From Abditibacteriaceae bacterium (GTDB lineage: Bacteria; Armatimonadota; Abditibacteriia; Abditibacteriales; Abditibacteriaceae): a stretch of DNA of 10,364 nucleotides. The notes under the pieces are model-generated. The model ran no database searches. It was not told where the DNA came from and was given only the letters and a program-made list of their open reading frames with translations. Positions 1-6,858 of the stretch are shown here, piece after piece (positions within the stretch are counted from its first letter, which is position 1; each line of letters begins with the position of its first letter). The DNA lies in the NCBI GenBank assembly GCA_031372065.1, contig JANMKN010000172.1, forward strand, positions 1 through 10,364, read 5' to 3'. A program made the position numbers and the translations under genes.

Positions 1-1485
1 CAAAAACGGAAACTCTTCGTCGCGCTCCCAGTTGGCGTATTCTTTGGCTACAAGGCGCGCCATCGGGCCGTAATCTTTAAGCCATTGCGGATCGAGAAAC
101 CCCAAAAGCGCCGCCGAGGTGGTGAAATAACCGTAGTGAAATTGATGATCGTTATATGCTTCGCTGCCGTAACTGGTATTGAAACCAACGAGGGCTTTCC
201 ACTTGTCGTAGCGCGCAAAATAATGCGCTTTTTCGCCCGGCGTGTAAGAGAACCAATCGGTCAGCGCGGTTTTTAAGAGGGCGCGCAATTTATCAAGCGA
301 AGGGTCGCCTGTCGCTTGCGCGGCCATCATATATTGGCCCAGTTGCAACAAACTTTTGCCGCCCCAATATGTGTCGCCGCCGTATTTCTCTCTGGTCGCA
401 TAACGCGCTAAATAATCGTTCATGCGTGCCGCGTCGAAGTCATGGGGCAAGCCCGTTTTTTGCGGCGCGGGCAAAAACGGCGGCACGCCGTTGAACCCAT
501 AAATGATGCGAAAATCGGTGCCAATCGCGCATTTCATGTCGCCGCGCGGCGTGCGATAGCCGATGTTTTCAAATTTCAAATTATGAATCGTATCGCGCCA
601 GTGATGCGGCAAGAATCCTTGAATCGAATTTTTCTCGGTGCCTTTGAGCGCTTCGGTTGTTAGGTGCCAGCCGGTTGTCACTTGGGCTTTTTCGGGCTGA
701 TAAAGCCAGTTCATCTTGCTATCGCGCGGAATGGCGTAAGCATATTTGCCAAAGGCAGACAAACTTGCTTTATTCGGCAGCGGGCACAGCACCAAATACG
801 ATTTTCCGGCGGCGAATTGGATTTTTACTTTGTCGCCTTCGAGGACGAAAAGCGTGTTATCCGGCGTGTAAATTCCATAGTTTCGTCCGGCGTATTCGAT
901 GCCGATTTGATCGCCGGAATACGGAAATTTAATTGCGGCGTTTTGCGCGTCGAAAAATTTTGCATCAATGGCGCTTTGAATGAGCGGCGCGAGGTTTTTG
1001 CATTCGAGCCATACATACGGAATGCCGCGCCCGATGGTCACGTCCCAGTATTTGTCGGCATTTTCCGCTTGGCGAAAAGTGAGAGTCCAATCGCCCCAAG
1101 TTTTGGCGCGCGCATCCTGCGGCTTAAAATCAGCGCCCGAAATCTTCAAAGGGCCATCGCTAATCGGGTCGCGTCCTTCGTCGTTCCATTTCACGGGATA
1201 AGCGAATTCTATCCCGTTTTCATTGGCTTTAATTTGATGCGGAAACGCCCATAATTGACCGGCGAATTTATCCACCAGCAAATTCGTCCACCAACCGTTA
1301 GTTGGCAGGGCGCGCTTATCGTCCAGCGTGTAAAGCGGGCGTTCAAAAACCGCTTTTACTTCTTTGCTTGGGTCGGGCGGCTGCGAGGCATATGAGCCTT
1401 TGCCGACAGGAACTACAACAACTTCTTGAGATTGAACGCAAGCGGCGCAAAGTAGCAAAAGGGCAATTGGGAATTTCAAATTCAT
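1..1485 (-). CDS. Secreted glycoside hydrolase family 81 (endo-beta-1,3-glucanase); 3' end truncated by the window edge (495 codons visible)
   Basis: Manual translation gives an uninterrupted minus-strand frame from ATG 1485 to base 1. It starts MNLKFPIALLLLCAACVQSQEVVVVPVGKGSYASQPP (signal peptide) and contains GH81-typical motifs LPTNGWWTNLL, VTIGRGIPYVW, YAYAIPRD, QGFLPHHWR, YRTPRGDMK, DTYWGGK, YNDHQFHYGYF (124-156) and YANWERDEEFPFL. The ATG overlaps the TGA of the upstream gene (ATGA, 1482-1485). Confidence 0.93.
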   Translation of the reverse strand, partial: MNLKFPIALLLLCAACVQSQEVVVVPVGKGSYASQPPDPSKEVKAVFERPLYTLDDKRALPTNGWWTNLLVDKFAGQLWAFPHQIKANENGIEFAYPVKWNDEGRDPISDGPLKISGADFKPQDARAKTWGDWTLTFRQAENADKYWDVTIGRGIPYVWLECKNLAPLIQSAIDAKFFDAQNAAIKFPYSGDQIGIEYAGRNYGIYTPDNTLFVLEGDKVKIQFAAGKSYLVLCPLPNKASLSAFGKYAYAIPRDSKMNWLYQPEKAQVTTGWHLTTEALKGTEKNSIQGFLPHHWRDTIHNLKFENIGYRTPRGDMKCAIGTDFRIIYGFNGVPPFLPAPQKTGLPHDFDAARMNDYLARYATREKYGGDTYWGGKSLLQLGQYMMAAQATGDPSLDKLRALLKTALTDWFSYTPGEKAHYFARYDKWKALVGFNTSYGSEAYNDHQFHYGYFTTSAALLGFLDPQWLKDYGPMARLVAKEYANWERDEEFPFL

Positions 1486-2588
1486 GGCGTGCTTAGTTTT
1501 CCATCAATCGCCCACAGTCCAAAAGTGCCGTTGATTTTGGCACTTGTTAAGGCCGTGACGGTGTTCTCATTTTTGGCAAACAGCGAATTCCACTGGCCTT
1601 TTTCGTTTTTCGGAAGTTCAAAAGGCACCGAACGCATAGCGAAGTTTTTCGCGTTTTGGTCGCCGATGTAAACAATCATTTGCGGCGCACCGGGGCGCGC
1701 TTCATCGCTTTGACAGGACAGCAATGTCGCGCCGTTTTTCAAACGAATCAAATAAGGCGCACCCGCGTAAATTTTATCAGGCCAATTAGCAACAGCGCTT
1801 AAGCGACGCGGGCTTTGGGCATCAGCGGGCGGGCTATTCCAATCGAAATTTGGCGACGCATAAATAATGGCGGGCTTGAAATTTCCGTCTGGCGAAATCC
1901 CATTATCTTCGATGGCAACGGCCACCCTGCCATCGGGAAAAACCAGCGGCACGGGCATTCCATCGCGGTGATGAGCGCGAAAACTAAAAGCGTGCGGCGC
2001 CTGCCAATTGTTGCCGTTATCGCGCGAAATCATCAGCGAAATTTGCTGCTCATCCGATTTGGTAAACGGGCCTTCATCGGCGAAAAAGAGCAAGATTTCG
2101 CCCGTTGTTAATTGCCGCGCGCACGGTTCCCAGCAACCGGTTTCAAAAGTTGTTCCGGCTTCATAAAGCGGCGGAGTATTTTGCCACGTCAAACCATTAT
2201 CCAGGCTGCGCGCCATACTGATAACAAAAGCATGATTGCCGTTTTGATATTCTTTGCGAGGGCGCACATTGTAAAACAATAGAACGTCGCCGTTTTGCAA
2301 TTGCAAAAGTTCAGGATTGGCCGCGCTGCTAAAATCGCGGCGCGCCACCAAAACCGGCGCTTGCCAGCTTCGCCCTTCATCGTCACTGCGTCTCACAAAA
2401 CTCGCGCCGCGTTTTTCGTAGCAGCATAATAACCCGCCGTCTTTCAAACCAACGATGCGTCCGTAACCACCACCCGCTTCGATGAGAGTCAATGTTGACT
2501 TGTCCCACACGATTTCGGGTGTTTTCGCTGTTGCCCGCGCGCAAACCGCGCCCAGCAGGAACAGGGCGAGAGAGAGTTTAGAGTTCAT
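1482..2588 (-). CDS. Secreted BNR/Asp-box beta-propeller glycoside hydrolase (clan GH-E; GH93-like, often auto-annotated 'sialidase family protein'), 368 aa
   Basis: The track ORF is 1482..2633, but ATG 2588 gives a clean signal peptide (MNSKLSLALFLLGAVCARATA). Asp-boxes: SDDEGRSW, SLDNGLTW, SRDNGNNW. GH93-type motifs: CWEPC, FFADE, RDGMPVP, VAIED. No sialidase RIP motif seen. Confidence 0.8.
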   Translation of the reverse strand: MNSKLSLALFLLGAVCARATAKTPEIVWDKSTLTLIEAGGGYGRIVGLKDGGLLCCYEKRGASFVRRSDDEGRSWQAPVLVARRDFSSAANPELLQLQNGDVLLFYNVRPRKEYQNGNHAFVISMARSLDNGLTWQNTPPLYEAGTTFETGCWEPCARQLTTGEILLFFADEGPFTKSDEQQISLMISRDNGNNWQAPHAFSFRAHHRDGMPVPLVFPDGRVAVAIEDNGISPDGNFKPAIIYASPNFDWNSPPADAQSPRRLSAVANWPDKIYAGAPYLIRLKNGATLLSCQSDEARPGAPQMIVYIGDQNAKNFAMRSVPFELPKNEKGQWNSLFAKNENTVTALTSAKINGTFGLWAIDGKLSTP

Positions 2589-2613
2589 AGATATTAGCGA
2601 AATTGGCGCGCGG

Positions 2614-2656
2614 AATGACAGCCGCCGGAGCAAACGGCAAATACAGGGCTGTCATT
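2614..2656. repeat. Perfect 10-bp inverted repeat with nested inner stem (intergenic)
   Basis: AATGACAGCC (2614-2623) pairs with GGCTGTCATT (2647-2656). The 23-nt spacer contains GCCG-gagcaaa-CGGC (2624-2638). Confidence 0.7.
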
Positions 2657-2686
2657 TTAACTTTTGAAGTTCGCTTACTCTGTTTT

Positions 2687-4903
2687 TCAATCGTTCGGCT
2701 TGTAAACGCCGATGATTTCTTTAGGGAACGAGGTGGATTTCCAACTCAGTTTGATACTGGCTGCGGTAGCAGGGCCTTGCACATATTCGATGATTAAATC
2801 GTGCGGGCCTTTTTTGAGGAAGTAACCTTTGCTGGCTGGCGTGCTTTTTTGCACCCACCAGATGTCAATGATCTTTTTGTCGTCGAGATAAAGGCGCCCG
2901 GCGTCGTCAAGTTCATCGAAATAAAATTCGTAAGTATCATCTTTGGGCACGAAGATGCGGCCTACAGCTTTCATGCTCCAAAATGTGTGGCGCATTCCTG
3001 TGGCGGGCGGGTCGGTGCCCCAATTGAAATTGAGGATTGGCGAAGTCTTTTTCGCGACGGATTTTGTAAAAGTCGGCCAGTCAATCGCATGACCGGGATT
3101 GAAAGTCGCGTCCGGCAAATCGGGATGGTCCGCAGTGTCTTGAAAGAACTCAATTTGAAAACCCGGCGCCCAAATGCCGCGCCCGATGGAATTTTCGCCT
3201 TCGATTTCACGTTGCGCGCCGGGACGCACACGATAAGGTCGCCCTTTGATGCCGCTGCCATTGCCAGCGTCGCCGTCACCATTGCCGCCACCACCTGCCG
3301 GGCCATCACCGTTACCGCCACCGATGCCTTTTCCATTTTCACCCGAACCCTTGCCGCTACCCGTTCCAGGGCCTTTGCCAAAGCCGCCCGCACCACGGCC
3401 CGGCCCGAAGCCACCTCCGGCACCACGCCCGCCGGAGCCGCGTCCGGCGCCATTACCTTTGCCGTCGCCAGGGCCTTCGCCGCCGCGCATCGCTAAAAGT
3501 GGGCCTTTGCCCGGCCCGTCGGGGCCACCACCTGTGCCGCCACCGCCGTTGCTGCTGACGCCGCGCGAGCCGTTGGGGTCGCCAAATGGGTCTCCTGCAA
3601 CGCGGCCTCTGCCGCGTCCGTTGCCGCCACCGAAACCACCTTTTCCGGCGCCATAACCACTACCGTTTCCACCACCGAAGCCGCCGCCCGAACCACCGCC
3701 GCCGCCCGCGACTTCGCCACCGTTGCCGCTACCGCGCGGTCCGCCAACGCCCGCGCCCATGCCGCCACCGATGCCGGGGCCAACTTTGGTATTCAACGCG
3801 CCACGGTCTGCGCCTGCCAAGCGTGTTCCGATGCCTTTGCCGCTAATATTGCCCGCGCCACCGCCGCGCCCGCCGCCTTGACCGCCCGCCAAACCGGGCG
3901 AAAGGCCCGGCGCGTTGACGGCGACAGCCGTATCAGATTTACGATTCAAAATCGGAAAGAAGGCATCGTCGCCCCCGCCGCCCCCGCGTTTTGCCAAACG
4001 ACGCGGCAAATTGGCGCCGCCGCCAGCATTGTTGCCCGCTAATTCAGGATTAACGCCATTGAGCGAACCTTTGTCGGGATTTGGGCTAAAATTGCCGCTT
4101 GAACCGCCGCCGGGACGCCCCAAACCGCGCAGATTGCTGGCAAGTTTGCCGGACGCCAAATCGTTGCGATTGGCATCGGGACGGCCATTGTTCAAGCCTT
4201 GCGGCAAGGGCGTTTCGGGCTTATTGTTTTGGCCGCCGGTTTCGGACTTGTTGAACGGGTCATCGTTCGGGCTGGAGCCGCGCGATTTCACTTTGCGCGT
4301 GTTCGGATCGTTTTTGCCTTCGCCCGGCTTCAAATTGCCGGATAGCGCGCCTGCTTCCTCATCAAATTTGGGTTTGGCGGGCGCTTTCGGCGCGCCATCG
4401 CCCGTTTTGTTGAGCGCCACGCGGCCCAGCGTTTTTTTTGGCTTGGTTTCCGGCTTTTGCGGCGCTTTTGTTGGTTGCGCTGTGGGAATCGGCTTGAGTT
4501 TTTTGCCTTCGTTGGCTTCGGGTGTCGGCATCGCTGTCGGCTGTGGCTTGACGGCGACGGCCTTTTTCGTCGGAACTGGTTTCGGTTTTTCTTTTTCCGG
4601 CGTCGGCATGGCTGTTGGTTCTGCCGTCGGCATTGGTGTCGGTTCGGTAGTGGCAGCAGGTGTTGGCTGCGCTGACGGTTCAGGGGTTGGCTTCTCGGAT
4701 GGCTTTGCTTTCGGTTTTTCCTGCTGCAATTCCACGATCATCAACTTTTCAGCGGGCGGCTGCGGCGCTTCCGATAGGAAATACAGCAGCGTCAGCATAG
4801 CTGTGTGCGCCACGATGGAGACGCCCGTAGCCCGCGCCCATAAGGGGCGACGCTTTTTGGACGGCGTTTCAGAATTTGGTGAAGAAGCGGAATTTTGCGT
4901 CAT
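2687..4903 (-). CDS. TonB/TolA-like energy transducer with a C-terminal PA14 domain (738 aa)
   Basis: Single N-terminal TM helix after KKRRP with S29-H33-L40-S44 (SIVAHTAMLTLLYFLS), matching the 4/7/4 spacing of the TonB/TolA SHLS motif. Pro/Lys/Glu/Thr-rich segment (about aa 46-155), Gly-rich segment (about aa 255-555), then aa ~581-738 with PA14 hallmarks: GFQIEFF, LNFNWGTDPP, FWSMKAVGRIFVPKDDTYEF, LDDAGRLYLDDKKIIDIW, LKKGPHDLIIEYVQ, IKLSW. Lies directly downstream of exbB-exbD. Confidence 0.85.
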   Translation of the reverse strand: MTQNSASSPNSETPSKKRRPLWARATGVSIVAHTAMLTLLYFLSEAPQPPAEKLMIVELQQEKPKAKPSEKPTPEPSAQPTPAATTEPTPMPTAEPTAMPTPEKEKPKPVPTKKAVAVKPQPTAMPTPEANEGKKLKPIPTAQPTKAPQKPETKPKKTLGRVALNKTGDGAPKAPAKPKFDEEAGALSGNLKPGEGKNDPNTRKVKSRGSSPNDDPFNKSETGGQNNKPETPLPQGLNNGRPDANRNDLASGKLASNLRGLGRPGGGSSGNFSPNPDKGSLNGVNPELAGNNAGGGANLPRRLAKRGGGGGDDAFFPILNRKSDTAVAVNAPGLSPGLAGGQGGGRGGGAGNISGKGIGTRLAGADRGALNTKVGPGIGGGMGAGVGGPRGSGNGGEVAGGGGGSGGGFGGGNGSGYGAGKGGFGGGNGRGRGRVAGDPFGDPNGSRGVSSNGGGGTGGGPDGPGKGPLLAMRGGEGPGDGKGNGAGRGSGGRGAGGGFGPGRGAGGFGKGPGTGSGKGSGENGKGIGGGNGDGPAGGGGNGDGDAGNGSGIKGRPYRVRPGAQREIEGENSIGRGIWAPGFQIEFFQDTADHPDLPDATFNPGHAIDWPTFTKSVAKKTSPILNFNWGTDPPATGMRHTFWSMKAVGRIFVPKDDTYEFYFDELDDAGRLYLDDKKIIDIWWVQKSTPASKGYFLKKGPHDLIIEYVQGPATAASIKLSWKSTSFPKEIIGVYKPND

Positions 4904-4924
4904 GACAACAGATTAATGGGCAAC

Positions 4925-5362
4925 TTAATTTTCTGGCAGGCGCGTGCCGAGCGCGACTTTGGGCAGACCGGCTTGTTTCGCCATGTCCATCACTTGCACA
5001 ACGCGTTTGTATTCAATGTTGGCGTCGCCTTTGATAATCACCGGCGTCGCGTTGTTTTTGGCCGCGTAACGAATCATCGCCGCTTGCACTTTGGGAATCG
5101 TGCTCTCCTGCGTGTTCAAGAAAATCTTGTTGTCGCGTGTGAGAGCAATCGTCAGTTCGTCCGCTTTGTCGGACGCAGTTTCGGTGGATTTAGCAGTTGG
5201 CAGTTCCATCTTCAAGCCGGATTCTTTGACGAACGCCGTGGTCGCCATGAAGATGATGAGCAACACCAACACAATGTCCACTAAAGGAATAATATTGATT
5301 TCGGCCATTGGCGCGCGGGCGCGACGACCTCTGCTGCCGTGTGGTTGAATGTGCATTCCCAT
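4925..5362 (-). CDS. exbD: Biopolymer transport protein ExbD/TolR
   Basis: Has the signature AEINIIPLVDIVLVLLIIFM with the essential TM Asp, plus VIIKGDANIEYKRVVQVMDMAKQAGLPKVAL. Follows exbB by 10 nt. Confidence 0.95.
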   Translation of the reverse strand: MGMHIQPHGSRGRRARAPMAEINIIPLVDIVLVLLIIFMATTAFVKESGLKMELPTAKSTETASDKADELTIALTRDNKIFLNTQESTIPKVQAAMIRYAAKNNATPVIIKGDANIEYKRVVQVMDMAKQAGLPKVALGTRLPEN

Positions 5363-5372
5363 GATAAATCTC

Positions 5373-6026
5373 TCAGGCTTCGTTTTCTTCGACGCCAGCC
5401 TTCATGGCGGGCAAACGCGCCGCGAGTTTCAGGGCATGGTTTTCAACGTGCAGGCTTAAATCGTTGACGCGCCCGCTGAAGTAGTTGAACGCCATAACAG
5501 CGGGAATCGCCACGCCGAGGCCCACGCCAGTGGCGAACAAGGCTTCCGAAATGGGCTTGGCAACCGCCGAAGCGCCGGTTTGATTGGTGCGCGCGATTTC
5601 CGCGAAGGCGTTCAAAATGCCCAACACTGTGCCGAATAAACCAACATAAGGCGCCGTGGACGCAATTGTGCCCAAAATCGGCAGATTGCGGCCCAGTTCG
5701 GCGCATTGGATTTCGATTTCTTGCGTGATCGCTTCGTGAACCAAATCGGGATGGCTGTCACGCAATTCCAAACCAGCTTGCAACGCCGTGGCGGAAGGCG
5801 CCTGTGAAGCGGCTACCGTTGCGCGCAAGGCTTGATCTTGATTTTTCAAAATCATGTCGCGCAAGACGCCGAAATCGCTGTCTTCCACGCGCCGAACGCG
5901 CTTAAGCGTCATAGCCCGCTCGAACATAATGCCGACCGAGACAATCGAAAATATCACCAGGGTAAGAAAGGCCAGCGGCACTAAAAATTTTGTGGTGCCG
6001 ATAGCCGAGGCAATCATTTGCTCCAT
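5373..6026 (-). CDS. exbB: MotA/TolQ/ExbB proton channel protein
   Basis: Three TM segments; signatures LGTIASTAPYVGLFGTVLGILNAF and ISEALFATGVGLGVAIPAVMAFNYF, with the conserved Thr residues present. Confidence 0.95.
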   Translation of the reverse strand: MEQMIASAIGTTKFLVPLAFLTLVIFSIVSVGIMFERAMTLKRVRRVEDSDFGVLRDMILKNQDQALRATVAASQAPSATALQAGLELRDSHPDLVHEAITQEIEIQCAELGRNLPILGTIASTAPYVGLFGTVLGILNAFAEIARTNQTGASAVAKPISEALFATGVGLGVAIPAVMAFNYFSGRVNDLSLHVENHALKLAARLPAMKAGVEENEA

Positions 6027-6037
6027 AACATCAACTT

Positions 6038-6043
6038 CTCCTC
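6038..6043 (-). promoter_or_regulatory. Shine-Dalgarno-like GAGGAG upstream of exbB
   Basis: CTCCTC on + at 6038-6043. It is 11 nt from the exbB ATG (6026) and 6 nt from an out-of-frame ATG (6031). Confidence 0.6.
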
Positions 6044-6110
6044 AACAAATTGTCGTTGCGACTTTGACAGAATTGCCAGTTGCTTGTTGCTTGATTGACG
6101 AGGCTTCACA

Positions 6111-6857
6111 TTAATTCACAAAAGCGCGGCTCACTGTTTTCAAGACCAGTGTTGGGTCGCAACCATAAAGGCCTGAACCATAAGCCGGATTGGCTTCGAC
6201 AACGGCCCAACCTCGTTCGGCAATGATGCCCACATCTAACACGCACACAGACAAAGAATTTTGAGATAGCACAAGTCGCGCGAAATCTTGTGCGTTTTGG
6301 TTTTCCTCGTCGCTCATCGGCCACCAACCATCTTCACTTTCCGCTGTTTGGGCGCCGCGCCAATAAGGAGACAACGTTTGCACTTCGCCGTCGCAAACGA
6401 AGCAACGAAATTCAACTTCCCATTGCACCGGCTCGGAAATTAAAACGGGCGTATCGTCCGGTAGCCAATCTAAAGTGGGCAATGCAGCGCCGTTTGCGTA
6501 AATCTGCGCCGCGAAAGTTTTTTCGCTCGCAGGTTTAATAAATGCTGGTTTTTCGATCCGCCCTGCCTCGTCTAATGTGGCGAATTGCACTTCGCGTTTG
6601 CGCAGTTCAACGGGCAAGCGCGCTAAAAAACCCAAGGGCGGTTCGATAGGGTGTAAACGCAGCGCCTCGGCAACAAAAGACACAAAAAGTGGTTCGCCAT
6701 AAAGCGCAATGCCGTCGGACAAATCGCGCTGGAGCAATTCCTCTGGCACGCGCCAATTGGTCATGCGAAGGATGTCCCAATTAGCCGAGAGAGCCGCACG
6801 CCACAGGGCATTGGAATCGTCTGTGTAGCGCGGCGGCAACACCAAAAGCGGCGCCAA
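6111..6857 (-). CDS. ATP-grasp domain protein, R2K clade (DUF4343 / R2K_3-like), 248 aa
   Basis: TTG start 1 nt after the TPR gene stop. ATP-grasp motifs FIKPASEKTF, EFRCFV, VLDVG and VVEANPAYGSGLYGCDP (ExN). The N-terminus LVLPPRYTDDSNALWRAA resembles this family. No signal peptide. Confidence 0.8.
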   Translation of the reverse strand: MAPLLVLPPRYTDDSNALWRAALSANWDILRMTNWRVPEELLQRDLSDGIALYGEPLFVSFVAEALRLHPIEPPLGFLARLPVELRKREVQFATLDEAGRIEKPAFIKPASEKTFAAQIYANGAALPTLDWLPDDTPVLISEPVQWEVEFRCFVCDGEVQTLSPYWRGAQTAESEDGWWPMSDEENQNAQDFARLVLSQNSLSVCVLDVGIIAERGWAVVEANPAYGSGLYGCDPTLVLKTVSRAFVN

Positions 6858-6858
6858 A

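Noticed and set aside
85..1496. Plus-strand ORFs 85..276, 442..663, 657..932, 664..1254, 980..1201, 1302..1496 and minus-strand 825..1016
   Set aside because: They are antisense or alternate-frame shadows of the GH81 gene, which has many family motifs in the minus frame; none has recognisable features.
1482..2588. Calling the gene a sialidase (nanH/nanA)
   Set aside because: Asp-boxes are not specific to sialidases. The RIP motif is not evident and GH93-type Glu motifs are present.
2589..2633. TTG-initiated 15-aa N-terminal extension of the beta-propeller hydrolase
   Set aside because: ATG 2588 gives a normal signal peptide, and the extension runs into the intergenic inverted repeat.
3240..4140. 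Collagen-like domain or DNA tandem repeat/CRISPR array in the Gly-rich region
   Set aside because: There is no sustained Gly-X-Y register and no identical repeat-spacer units; it is low-complexity coding sequence.
2801..4916. Plus-strand ORFs 2801..3496, 3246..3656 (very Pro-rich) and 3915..4916, and alternate-frame minus ORFs
   Set aside because: Pro-rich or Ala-rich translations are the expected mirror of Gly (GGC) and Pro/Lys codons in the TonB-PA14 gene.
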